Shown: piece after piece, positions 39,998 to 49,589 of the stretch
Numbering within the stretch: position 1 is the stretch's first letter
Layout of the letters: every line of letters starts with the position of its first letter
Source: an uncultured Poribacteria bacterium
Lineage (GTDB): Bacteria; Poribacteria; WGA-4E; WGA-3G
DNA length: 64,000 nt
Assembly (NCBI GenBank): GCA_951813565.1
Contig: OX638351.1
Coordinates: 4,704,001 to 4,768,000 of the forward strand
Direction of reading: 5' to 3'
Program-made: the position numbers and the translations under genes
Notes under the pieces: generated by a model
Database searches by the model: none
Told to the model about the DNA's origin: nothing
What the model saw: the letters and a program-made list of their open reading frames with translations, nothing else

Positions 39998-40831
39998 TTA
40001 GTCGGTATTAATCGTTTCGTTTTTATTAACCTCGTTTTTATACGATGCCTCAATATCCCTGCTGACCTTTTCAAAATCTATGCTCGGATCTCTACGTGCC
40101 TCTTCCAGTATAAACTTTTCAAATTCAGCAGATCGTTTCGGGTCAAACTTTCTTAGGTTTCTGAATGCGTCCGCATGATTAGAATTACCCTCAAAAAATC
40201 TTTGCACATCTAAAAATCTTGAATCTTCCTGTGTAGGCTCATAATATCTTTGCAATGTTTCCAAATCATTATTCACAATTGCATTCAGAATTTCCATAGA
40301 CTTTTTAGTCGCGGGGTGAGGAAATATCGCATACACAGCTTTTGCGAACTCTGCCTTATACTCCACATTACCAGGATTTGAAACAACCTTTAACCACGTC
40401 TCCATATAGTTTTCAACTTCGGTTGTTTCTCCATATTGTTTCACCATTTCATTTCTAAGTGCATCATAAGACGCTGGGTCGGTTATATCCACCTGATTTG
40501 TCTCAATTTCATCTCCTGGCAGGTCATCTGTGAATTCAAAATCTTTCCGTGGATCGCTAAATTGTTTGGCTAATTCCTCAAGTGTGGGTTCTTTCAGCCA
40601 ATCTTGTTTTTCTGTATTCGATTTTTCTTGCGTAGTGTCAGCCAATTTTTCTTGTTGTGCAGTTTTATCGGGTAACTGATTATTGGGTTTATCGGTTTTC
40701 GCGGTTTCTTTTGAAACCTGTGCATTATCTGAAACAGTTTCAGGTTTAGGACTGGGTGACACAAGATAAATTATAAGACAAGCCGCAATAACAAGGCATA
40801 TCATACCTATCAGTAGTGTATTTCCTTTCAT
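39998..40831 (-). CDS. N-terminally membrane-anchored hypothetical protein
   Basis: MKGNTLLIGMICLVIAACLIIYLV TM helix, low-complexity linker, helical acidic domain. Confidence 0.75.
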   Translation of the reverse strand: MKGNTLLIGMICLVIAACLIIYLVSPSPKPETVSDNAQVSKETAKTDKPNNQLPDKTAQQEKLADTTQEKSNTEKQDWLKEPTLEELAKQFSDPRKDFEFTDDLPGDEIETNQVDITDPASYDALRNEMVKQYGETTEVENYMETWLKVVSNPGNVEYKAEFAKAVYAIFPHPATKKSMEILNAIVNNDLETLQRYYEPTQEDSRFLDVQRFFEGNSNHADAFRNLRKFDPKRSAEFEKFILEEARRDPSIDFEKVSRDIEASYKNEVNKNETINTD

Positions 40832-40895
40832 TTTCTCAAATCTCCGTTTGTTTATGTGTCTGTTATTACACACCAGACGCATAAATTTGTTGCAT

Positions 40896-41184
40896 CTATT
40901 CAAAAGCTGGATTACATTGTGAGCAGCTTAAAACCCATTCATGCACAGGGTCATGATACACATATACCCATTTAGCACGGTGAGGGTGTTTACCGAACTT
41001 TCTGTGCCACCACCCTTCAACATCTGTTCTCCTAGAGATAGGCTCCAGTGTATGCATACGATATTAGTTTCAAGCTCACTGCATTTATACCAGCCCCAGT
41101 CTATTATAATCTTGGTAGGTCCCGCATCAGCATTATGCGCGATGAAAAAACAAAACCTACAGACACAAATAGAACTAATGCCAT
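40896..41184 (-). pseudogene. Possible frameshifted small secreted Cys/His/Trp-rich protein
   Basis: Reading across two apparent frameshifts gives MALVLFVSVGFVF/FIAHNADA-GPTKIIIDWGWYKCSELETNIVC/...VEGWWHRKFGKHPH...LSCSQCNPAFE*. Confidence 0.35.
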
Positions 41185-41505
41185 AAATGCGATGGCAGAT
41201 TGATTTGACTTCCCTGCAACAACAAGTTAAGCTAATGAAATTCGTGAAACAAATTTATTCCCTCCTGCCTTGCCCAATGCGTAGGCAGGATAGGAATGCT
41301 GCGGTTACGACTTACACAAAATACTTGAAATGGACACTCCAAATTAGTGTAAATCGCTCCTTATACCAAATTAACAAGATTTATCTTGTTTTATTGGAGT
41401 CAGGTGCGGTTAGGAAACCGCATCTACCAGGGAGTGTGCACATATTTTTGGATTTAACTATAATTATACTTGCACGCTAATGTACTGAAGGGTTAGGTGG
41501 CAAAA

Positions 41506-43122
41506 CTACTTTTGGTCGTCTTCTGATGGTGGTTGTGGTGCATTAGTTGGAGGTTGACGACCATCTTTCGGAACAAAACGCCCATTTTTTGACGAAGGGA
41601 CAGGTCGTTTACCGAAGATGTTTTCAAGCTGTTTGGCAAGTTCGGCGTCCTTCTCAGCAAGTCTGCGGAATCCTTCCTCGGGACCATATTCTTGTAAGAG
41701 TTTCTCGGCATTTTCAAAACGTGCTGGGCTAAACTGTTCTTGGATTGTTTTTTCAATGCTTTCATCCGTAAAGATTCCCGGTAGTGAAGACATAAACCTT
41801 TTCTGGAATTCTGTCTCTAATTCAGCATCACTCATGTTTGCCAATCTTTCAAAATCCCGGAGTGCTCTATCAAAATCTTCCCATTCAGCCTCGGCTGCTG
41901 CCCGTTCTGCTTCTACCGCCTCTCGTGCCAATGTCGCGCGGTCTGGTGGCAAGGGGCCTTCAATAGTATCGGGTTGTTGTGTCCATGTGCCTTTCCATCC
42001 ACGTGAGCGGAGGTCTTCTTCAAAACCTTCTGGGAGTGTTACGCCCTCTGGCGGCATCCAATCTTTCGGTGGGAGTTCCCAGCTACGTACCATCTCGCGG
42101 GTAACATGTGGAGGCTTTTCAGAAAGTACGTTGTAATCCTCATCAAGATAGATGACTTCCCACCCTTCAGGGTGTTCGCCTCGATAGATGAGATCAAACC
42201 GTTGTTTTGTTGTCATCATCTCTCCCCACATGTCCACGCCGGGGATGCCATCCTCGAAACTTCTGTGCACGTACAAGCGGTTCCGCTTTCCTGGAAGAAA
42301 CACATCCGGGGCATCATCAAAAAATAACCCGCCACTTACATCAGGGTCCGCTGCCTCGGCATTATCTACCTGTTGACTTTCCCAGACCTTCCGCTCAATA
42401 TACGCACGCTTATAATCCTCAAAATTGTCTTGTGGTAGCACTCCCCGTCGCCCTGATGCCCACTCCTCGGGGTTGTCTTCCGCACGCACGAGGTGGTAGC
42501 GTATATCCATCATACGCGGATAATGCGCTTCTGTTGTGATAGTAACACCCATATCCAGGAGTTCTTGTATCCATTCGGCGCGTGGATATTTTGCCTCCAC
42601 GGTGGCATCACTCGGATAGAACCGGTTATACCATGTATCGTACGTCTCCATGATCGCCTCGGGTGTCTGTGGTCCTTTATGAGGTAGCGAACCTTTTCTG
42701 GTAGTCCACGGTCCATGCTTTATTTTTGACGGATCTGGAGGACCTCCAAGGTTATGCGGCATAATCCTTTCAGCAAGTGCCATCGTCTGTAAGTATAGTT
42801 GTTTACGGATTGAGGCTATTTGTGCTTCGCTAACAGGTTTAAATTCAGTCTCTGTCAAATAATCTTTTAAGAGAAATTCAGTTTCTCTCTCAATCCACTT
42901 TTCCCATCGGGAATCAAATTTCCCTTGAACTACCAGTTCTTTTTTGTCAACTTGTAATGTGCTTTCACTATCTTCACTGTAGTGCTCAGATTCGTTTACA
43001 CGGTCAACAATATTTATACGATCAGACACTATTTCTCTATTAGTGCCTTTAAAGATAAACAGAACAACGATAATTAACAAAATTAAGAACGGAATTGAGA
43101 CGTATAATTTTTTAAGTGTCAT
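41506..43122 (-). CDS. N-terminally membrane-anchored hypothetical protein (538 aa)
   Basis: TM helix at residues about 6-24; Pro-rich and helical C-terminus (LLQEYGPEEGFRRLAEKD); AAGGA RBS. Confidence 0.8.
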   Translation of the reverse strand: MTLKKLYVSIPFLILLIIVVLFIFKGTNREIVSDRINIVDRVNESEHYSEDSESTLQVDKKELVVQGKFDSRWEKWIERETEFLLKDYLTETEFKPVSEAQIASIRKQLYLQTMALAERIMPHNLGGPPDPSKIKHGPWTTRKGSLPHKGPQTPEAIMETYDTWYNRFYPSDATVEAKYPRAEWIQELLDMGVTITTEAHYPRMMDIRYHLVRAEDNPEEWASGRRGVLPQDNFEDYKRAYIERKVWESQQVDNAEAADPDVSGGLFFDDAPDVFLPGKRNRLYVHRSFEDGIPGVDMWGEMMTTKQRFDLIYRGEHPEGWEVIYLDEDYNVLSEKPPHVTREMVRSWELPPKDWMPPEGVTLPEGFEEDLRSRGWKGTWTQQPDTIEGPLPPDRATLAREAVEAERAAAEAEWEDFDRALRDFERLANMSDAELETEFQKRFMSSLPGIFTDESIEKTIQEQFSPARFENAEKLLQEYGPEEGFRRLAEKDAELAKQLENIFGKRPVPSSKNGRFVPKDGRQPPTNAPQPPSEDDQK

Positions 43123-43163
43123 TGTATATATCCTTGTATTTGAAAACGGAACGTGATATGTGA

Positions 43164-43195
43164 ACTGCGTGGCAGTTTAGAACTTACCACGCAGT
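43164..43195 (-). terminator. Intergenic stem-loop
   Basis: ACTGCGTGGCAG...CTTACCACGCAGT inverted repeat just after the 43209 stop. Confidence 0.55.
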
Positions 43196-43208
43196 AATAG
43201 CACCTTGC

Positions 43209-43769
43209 TTACTGAGTATACCGATAACTTGCAGAATCAGTAAAAGATGACCAAGGCCCGAAGTTGCCGCAAACACCAGAGTCTTTTGCGTCATACATGC
43301 CGCCGCCCTTGTATTTACTTCTACCCTGTGTATCTGGTGTTCTCGTTTTCACTGTAGTCTCTTTGGTTGTAATTGTGCCATCTTCGTTTGTTATTTCTAT
43401 CTCAAAAGTTTCTACTGTAACTGTAAGTTTTGCGTAAATTGCGCCTGCGTCAGTATCTGGTGATGCATCATTGCCGCTATAGATTGTAACATACGCAGAA
43501 GCTTCACCACTTAAGTTCACTGGAATTCCACTTTCTGTGGCTGCTTCCATAATTGAAGCAGCATTGACAATACCGGGTGATGCCGAGGCGTTTGCCCCAG
43601 ATTCAGTTGCATCAGCGGAAACGCTAAAACTCCAACCTTCGTCGTAGTTTGTATCAGAAAAAGAACCAATTGATATGTTGCCATCTTGACCATGTGTTTG
43701 CAAAATAACGCCGCCAATGGCAAAAAGCGTGGTAAGGAACAGCGTGATTACAACAACTTTCTTATTCAT
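43209..43769 (-). CDS. Secreted Ser/Ala/Thr-rich hypothetical protein
   Basis: MNKK + hydrophobic signal peptide; AAAGGAG RBS. Confidence 0.8.
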   Translation of the reverse strand: MNKKVVVITLFLTTLFAIGGVILQTHGQDGNISIGSFSDTNYDEGWSFSVSADATESGANASASPGIVNAASIMEAATESGIPVNLSGEASAYVTIYSGNDASPDTDAGAIYAKLTVTVETFEIEITNEDGTITTKETTVKTRTPDTQGRSKYKGGGMYDAKDSGVCGNFGPWSSFTDSASYRYTQ

Positions 43770-44754
43770 CTGAAAATCTCCTTTAATTTTGACTTCCTTG
43801 CAATAGCAAGTGAACTATAGTAAATGGAGAAATCTAACCTGCAAACACCCATTGCTACAATCTGATGGTAGTGCAAGTTAGTATATATTCTCCTATTGTA
43901 TTCGTCAAACAAAATTAATCTCCTCCTGCCTCCTACAGGCGGAGGCAGGAATGCTACAGTGTAAACATAAAAAGCCCGCGACGAGATGTTCTGTCCGAAA
44001 CAAAACGCGCAGGCGCGAAAATATCGCAGATTTTAAATCCTGCGATACGACCTTGTGATATCCAATAATTAACGATTGTGAAATGGGGGGGGTAAACACT
44101 GTGAACTGAGAATAAACACCGAACCAGAGCGCAGCATCAATAGCCAAACTTTGCTCAGGTCGCTGCATCTGGCACAACTGCTTTTTGAATTGTAGTGGTG
44201 TTCGCTGTCGGTTTCTCATTTCCAGTCCCTTTGTAGAAATGCAAAATAAACTAACGATGGTAGAATTTTCTCGGTTTAAGATTATGCTTACAAAAATCCA
44301 ACTTGAATAACAAACAATCCCAACTTTTTGGAATTCGTAAAATTTTTAGGGATTTATACAATCTCCAATCAATATTGGACACACATATTTAATTCTTGTC
44401 AAATTATTTTTATGATTATGCACGTAAAAACGAAATTTTTTTCAAGCTTTTCTTCAGATTTATCAGGGTTATTTAGTTTTCGGATTTTCTGGCATTTTTT
44501 TATCACGAACGTTAATATGTTATAGTAGTATTATAGGTCGAGTTTCGCTTGCGAAACCCGACCTACGAAATAAACTTTTTGTGATATTGATCAACTGACA
44601 TTTCTTAAAACTAAATAGCCCTGCAGATTTATTTTAAATTAACACAAAATTAAGGAACACAAGAGCCATGTGAGCAAAATTACGCCACACGAAAACGAAA
44701 ATACGGTATAATCTAACCATTAGATATAGGTTTTATTATAGATTGAGGAAGATT

Positions 44755-46113
44755 ATGAATATCATTCATATTATTTCAGATACATTTAGACGAGATAACT
44801 TAGAAATTTTTGGTGGCAAGGGTTATAGTCCCGCACTGAACGCCTTCGCTGAAAAATGCGTTGTTTTTGACAAAGCTTACGTTTGTAGCTACCCAACCGT
44901 GCCAATCCGTGGTGATTTGGTAACTGGCGAGGTAGGTATTTGCCGCCGCGGATGGGAACCGCTTCAACGCAATGTGCCTGTTATCGCAAACGATCTCACA
45001 AAAGCTGGTGTTGTCAGCATGATGATTGCGGATACGCCGCATCATCTCAATAACGGCTTCCTTTACAACCGAGGATTTACAGGATGGAAATGGATTCGTG
45101 GGCAGGAAAGCGATCTTTTGGAAACCCATCCTTATGACTTTGACACAGAAGAAGGACTGCGCTATCGTGAACACACACGGCCACATCCGAACAAGTTGCC
45201 AGCGGGACTCTTCAACCACCTTAAAAATAGCGACTCTCGCCAGAATGAAGGAGGGACCTTTGTTGCACAAACGGTGCAAACTGCCTGTGACTGGCTGGAA
45301 CGCAACTATCAACACGAAAATTTTTATTTAATGGTAGATACCTTTGACCCGCATGAACCGTGGGATGTGCCTGATTGGTATATTAAAAGGTTTGACCCAG
45401 ATGATTACGACGGGCCTGAACCCATCTATCCAACCTATGGCCCAAATAATATGGACGAACGCACAACGCAACGCCTCAATGCATTATACCGTGCCGAAGC
45501 GTGTCTTGTAGACAATTGGATTGGACATCTGCTGCGAAAAATTGACTATATGGGGTTGATGGAAAGGACGATGATCATTTTCATGGCAGACCACGGCTTT
45601 CTGTTGGGTGAACATGGTCTCATTGCGAAAAACCTCGGTATGTATGAGGAAATTGTGCATATACCGCTGCTTATTTATCATCCTGAGGTTAAACCTCGCC
45701 GGACAGACGCGCTTGCCAGTATTATTGACATTCCCGCGACTGTGATTGATGCTTTCGGTGCAGAACGCAGCAAACAGGTTGAAGGTAAAAGCCTGCTGCC
45801 AATCGTCATGGGAGAAACCGACACGGGTAGAGATTATGCGGTTACACACGGCGCATGGGGTGGCGGCTGGAGTCCTGATGGTGGAAGCCCACATGGAAGT
45901 GTTACGGATGGCACATGGTCACTGCTCTTAGAAAATAAGGGTGCGCCGCAACATCTGTTTCACCTTCCCTCCGATCCAGAACAGATGAAGAATCGGTTTG
46001 AATCGGATACAGACGAAGCACGCCGACTCTATCAAGCGTTTTTGGAATTTTTGGGACAACACGGTGGTCCAGAAGCGATGGTTGAACAGTTTCAGAATAG
46101 ATGGCCTATTTGA
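44755..46113 (+). CDS. Sulfatase-like hydrolase (alkaline phosphatase superfamily)
   Basis: IISDTFRRD, TVPIRGDLVTG, DPHEPWD, ADHGFLLGEHG...K, HIPL. Confidence 0.88.
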   Translation: MNIIHIISDTFRRDNLEIFGGKGYSPALNAFAEKCVVFDKAYVCSYPTVPIRGDLVTGEVGICRRGWEPLQRNVPVIANDLTKAGVVSMMIADTPHHLNNGFLYNRGFTGWKWIRGQESDLLETHPYDFDTEEGLRYREHTRPHPNKLPAGLFNHLKNSDSRQNEGGTFVAQTVQTACDWLERNYQHENFYLMVDTFDPHEPWDVPDWYIKRFDPDDYDGPEPIYPTYGPNNMDERTTQRLNALYRAEACLVDNWIGHLLRKIDYMGLMERTMIIFMADHGFLLGEHGLIAKNLGMYEEIVHIPLLIYHPEVKPRRTDALASIIDIPATVIDAFGAERSKQVEGKSLLPIVMGETDTGRDYAVTHGAWGGGWSPDGGSPHGSVTDGTWSLLLENKGAPQHLFHLPSDPEQMKNRFESDTDEARRLYQAFLEFLGQHGGPEAMVEQFQNRWPI

Positions 46114-46134
46114 ATTTTTGATTTGACTTGAGGT

Positions 46135-46274
46135 TATCTCATAAATCATTTGTAGGGCGAGGTCCCCGTGCCTCGCCATCTCCCATAAACGCAAACAGCG
46201 GGCGGGCACAGGGACCCGCCCCTACGCTGAAGGGAATTCTTTGTCAGGTAACCGTGTTTAACGATTTATGAGAT
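46135..46274. repeat. MITE (TIR TATCTCATAAATC) with a GTAGGG REP pair; related inverted copy at about 25216-25328
   Basis: GTAGGGCGAGGTCCCCGTGCCTCGCC and GGGCGGGCACAGGGACCCGCCCCTAC. Confidence 0.7.
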
Positions 46275-46330
46275 AGACTGTAATTTCTTTACGCAAAAAC
46301 AGGATTCTGATGTAGCGTAGATAGGACCTA

Positions 46331-46996
46331 ATGAATACACGGAATTTAGTTGCTGAATTTATCGGCACGTTTGCGCTGATTTTTATCGGCGCAGGATCGG
46401 TGGTTATCAATCCAGGTAATTTAGTTGCAGTTGCTCTTGCATTTGGTTCGGTCGTTGTGGGATTTATTTATGCGTATGGACATATTTCAGGGACGCATAT
46501 CAATCCAGCTGTGACTCTGGGACTCCTGATAGCTGGAGAAATCGAATTTACTGCAGCAATCGGTTACTGGATTGTTCAATTTGCAGGTGGTATTTTGGGT
46601 GCGTATGTTCTCAAAGGTGTGCTGCCGATAAACGGTGATTTGGGGGTAACTATTTTAGCTACCAATGTGACACCGATAAATGGACTGATAGTTGAAATTG
46701 TCCTAACATTCTTCCTCGTTAATACGATTTTCAATACTGCTGTAAGTGGAAAGGCAGGAAACTTTGCTGGACTCGCCATTGGGTTAACTTTAGTGTTTTG
46801 CATCCTGATGGGCGGTCCGTTAACACGTGCGTCCCTCAATCCTGCACGGACGTTGGGACCTGCTATCGCAGCTGGTGCTGAGCATGCCCAGTGGGGTAAC
46901 ATCTGGCTTTATTTTGTCGGACCGTTTATAGGCGCAGTACTCGCAGCACTTCTGTATATTGGTGTTTTGAAAGATAAAGGAACTGGAACTGAGTAG
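46331..46996 (+). CDS. Aquaporin / MIP family channel
   Basis: AEFIGTF, ISGTHINPAVT, SLNPARTLGP. Confidence 0.93.
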   Translation: MNTRNLVAEFIGTFALIFIGAGSVVINPGNLVAVALAFGSVVVGFIYAYGHISGTHINPAVTLGLLIAGEIEFTAAIGYWIVQFAGGILGAYVLKGVLPINGDLGVTILATNVTPINGLIVEIVLTFFLVNTIFNTAVSGKAGNFAGLAIGLTLVFCILMGGPLTRASLNPARTLGPAIAAGAEHAQWGNIWLYFVGPFIGAVLAALLYIGVLKDKGTGTE

Positions 46997-47146
46997 TTGG
47001 TAATTTATAGTAGATTTTACAATTAACTTTTATGTTATTCAGCGCGCTGACAAAGCACCAATCCAATGCTGAATGTGCGGACGACACGCGGAGCGTGCCT
47101 ACTACCATGTGTAAATATATTTTTATATTTCACTATAAATAAAAAC

Positions 47147-47181
47147 AGGCTGATGCTTTTAAGCATTAGCCTTACTTTTTT
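47147..47181. terminator. Bidirectional terminator between convergent MIP and hsp20 genes
   Basis: AGGCTGATGC-TTTTAA-GCATTAGCCT with A-run and T-run flanks. Confidence 0.65.
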
Positions 47182-47223
47182 ACCATTGCGAGGCACAGGG
47201 ACCTCGCACTACAATATGGCGGA

Positions 47224-47919
47224 TTAAGCCTCAACGTTGATCGGAATTTCCGTTGGTTTTGCCTCTTCCGTTTTCGGAATCTCAATTGTTAAAACACCAT
47301 CCTTGAATTCGGCTTTTATACCATCAGCTTTCGCATTTGGTGGAAGTGGGAGAACACGTTTAAAACTCCCATATCGCAGTTCCGACCGGCGTGGGTGTTG
47401 CGTTTCGTCTGTCTGCTTCCGCTCCTTTTTTCCTTTTACCTTTAATAGATTGTCAGTTACAGAAACAGTGACATCGTTTTGTGAAACGCCAGGGAGTTCA
47501 ACTAACACTTCATACCTATCTTCAGAAACAGAAAACTCAATGGGTGGCCGCCAATTGGATTTTCCTCTTTTCGTTTTTCCCTCACGATACGCGAACCTTC
47601 TGTCAAAAACGTGCCTCATCCGATTGTGATGTAGGAAAATATCTCGCATTGGATGATGTGGTCTGAAGTTTGCTTGTGCTGAACGGCGAAGATTTCTCCT
47701 CCCTCTCGGGGGTTGATGTCCCCAATTTCCGCGTGCTACGGGTGGTCGGTGTCGTCGTGGACTTCTTGCTTGTGATGGTTCTTGCCTTCCTTCTTCAGGA
47801 TGTGGCGAATGGTGGCGGCGTTGTCTCCTTCCCCGTCTGGGGCCTCTTCCTTGTGCGGACTGATGTTGACGTGGTCCTTTAGAACCACCTCTGGGACCAT
47901 GTTGCGGTCTATTTCTCAT
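47224..47919 (-). CDS. Hsp20/alpha-crystallin protein with a long Arg/His/Pro/Gly-rich N-terminal extension
   Basis: AGGAG RBS before ATG 47919; C-terminal VELPGV...YGSFKR.LPLP...FKDGVLTI.IPK...IPI. Confidence 0.85.
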   Translation of the reverse strand: MRNRPQHGPRGGSKGPRQHQSAQGRGPRRGRRQRRHHSPHPEEGRQEPSQARSPRRHRPPVARGNWGHQPPRGRRNLRRSAQANFRPHHPMRDIFLHHNRMRHVFDRRFAYREGKTKRGKSNWRPPIEFSVSEDRYEVLVELPGVSQNDVTVSVTDNLLKVKGKKERKQTDETQHPRRSELRYGSFKRVLPLPPNAKADGIKAEFKDGVLTIEIPKTEEAKPTEIPINVEA

Positions 47920-48022
47920 TTCAATTCTCCTTTTTCTGATCTTGTATTCTAATTATTTTCTTTTTCACTGTATTTGACCACTACACTTATGAAATTGTTC
48001 GGTATAAGCGATGCAAGGTTAA

Positions 48023-48054
48023 CAGGGCAGGCACAATTAATTGTACCTGCCCTG
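48023..48054 (-). terminator. Stem-loop between the second and third hsp20 genes
   Basis: CAGGGCAGG...CCTGCCCTG. Confidence 0.6.
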
Positions 48055-48070
48055 CTGTTTTGGAATTATT

Positions 48071-48526
48071 TTAACTCTCTTGCGGAGCATCCACAGTTGA
48101 TTCAGCAACGATCGGAATTTCTTTTGGCTTTACCTCTTCCGGTTTTGGGATGGACAACGTCAGGACACCATCTTTGAATTCTGCTTTGATGCTGTCAGCC
48201 TCAACTTTTGGTGGAAGTGTAAATCTCCGTTCGAAGCTTCCATAACACCGTTCGACTCGCCGGTAGTCTTTAGAATCGTCAGTTTTTTCCTGTCGTTTTT
48301 CTCCTTTTATTGTTAAGAGATCGTCTTTGACAGAAATATGGACATCGTCCTTTGTTACGCCAGGTAGTTCAGTCCGAACTTCAAAACTATCATCCGTTTC
48401 GGAAATATCAGCAGATGGTCTCCACTTATATTCTTGTGTCCCAGGTCTTTCAAAAAACGGCGTGAACAGAGAGTTATAGAATTTGAACGGGTTTACTGCT
48501 GGTCTGTGTAAGGTCAAATAGGTCAT
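48071..48526 (-). CDS. Hsp20/alpha-crystallin small heat-shock protein
   Basis: WRPSADISE, ELPGV, YGSFERRFTLP, FKDGVL. Confidence 0.95.
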   Translation of the reverse strand: MTYLTLHRPAVNPFKFYNSLFTPFFERPGTQEYKWRPSADISETDDSFEVRTELPGVTKDDVHISVKDDLLTIKGEKRQEKTDDSKDYRRVERCYGSFERRFTLPPKVEADSIKAEFKDGVLTLSIPKPEEVKPKEIPIVAESTVDAPQES

Positions 48527-48594
48527 TTTTATTCTCCTTATAGTGTAAGGTTTATCGCCTGTGTTATATAGTAGGCATGCGTAATTATGTTGTG

Positions 48595-49047
48595 TTAAGC
48601 ATTTGCAGTAATCGGAATTTCAGTTGGTTTTGCCGCTTCCACCTTCGGTATGGTGAGGGTCAAAACCCCGTCTTTGTATCCTGCCTTTATATCAGCAGTT
48701 TCAACATTTCTCGGAAGTGTAAAACTTCTTTGGAAACTTCCGTACCGTCTTTCCACTCGGTGATAGTTTTTGTTATCTGTCTCCTTTTCCTGCCGTTTTT
48801 CACCTTTGATTGTGAGCAGGTTATCGGTTACTGAGACGTTGACATCGCTTTCCGTAACCCCAGGAAGTTCGGCACGAATTTCAAAGCCGTTTTCCATTTC
48901 AGAGATGTCTACTGTGGGCATCCAGGAAGTGGGATCACCGTTGGTTTCACTTTCCTGAGAAGCGAATAGATCTCCAAAGATTTTTCCCATTTCGTTGTGA
49001 AGGTTGAATAGATTTCCTACCGGTCTGCGTGTTGCTAAATGTCTCAT
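48595..49047 (-). CDS. Hsp20/alpha-crystallin small heat-shock protein
   Basis: WMPTVDISE, AELPGV, ERRYGSFQRSFTLP, YKDGVL. Confidence 0.95.
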   Translation of the reverse strand: MRHLATRRPVGNLFNLHNEMGKIFGDLFASQESETNGDPTSWMPTVDISEMENGFEIRAELPGVTESDVNVSVTDNLLTIKGEKRQEKETDNKNYHRVERRYGSFQRSFTLPRNVETADIKAGYKDGVLTLTIPKVEAAKPTEIPITANA

Positions 49048-49088
49048 TTTTCTTCTCCTTTTGATTTATGTTTTCTGTAAGTATAATG

Positions 49089-49105
49089 AGCAAGTTCTGT
49101 GCCAA
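49089..49105 (-). promoter_or_regulatory. Sigma-54 (-24/-12) promoter of the hsp20 cluster
   Basis: TTGGCAC-AGAAC-TTGCT on the minus strand, about 40 bp upstream of ATG 49047. Confidence 0.85.
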
Positions 49106-49145
49106 TTTTTTTAACACAAATTAATAAATATTTACCAACTATATT

Positions 49146-49294
49146 AACCTAAGTTCCTACGGACAAGATTTCAATCAGCCATACACTATTTTTACTGAAA
49201 AACAAGGATTTTTCGCTGATTCTGGGCGTTATAAATCGGGGTTAGAAACCCCTCCCACAAGAGCATTCGCCAAATAGGTGGCAACTTGGGTTAT
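49146..49294. repeat. MITE (TIR TAACCYAAGTT) with REP ATCGGGGTTAGAAACCCCTCCCAC
   Basis: taacctaagtt / aacttgggtta inverted ends. Confidence 0.6.
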
Positions 49295-49479
49295 AATAGA
49301 TATAAGCAATTAATTGCCAAACAACAATTTATCCCATCTATAATGAGCGATTATGCCCAAATATAGCTGAACTACTTACGTAGTCCAGTAAAATTCACTA
49401 TCAAAATTCTCTGTAGGAATTGAGATAAGATTCTTATTTTTTTAGGACAACTATGGAGGTAGCTATATGGAAATCTATC

Positions 49480-49533
49480 TGCCATATTGACATATCCGTG
49501 CCATTTTGAAACGGTGTATATGCCAAAAAGGCG
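49480..49533. promoter_or_regulatory. Putative enhancer-binding-protein sites (TGCCA-N3-TGNCA-like x3)
   Basis: TGCCATATTGACA (49480), TGCCATTTTGAAA (49499), TGCCAAAAAGGCG (49521), upstream of the sigma-54 promoter. Confidence 0.5.
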
Positions 49534-49589
49534 GAGTTATGATAGTAGTAGAGTTGTGGGTAGATTAGGGTAGGCAGAGAAGATAGGTT

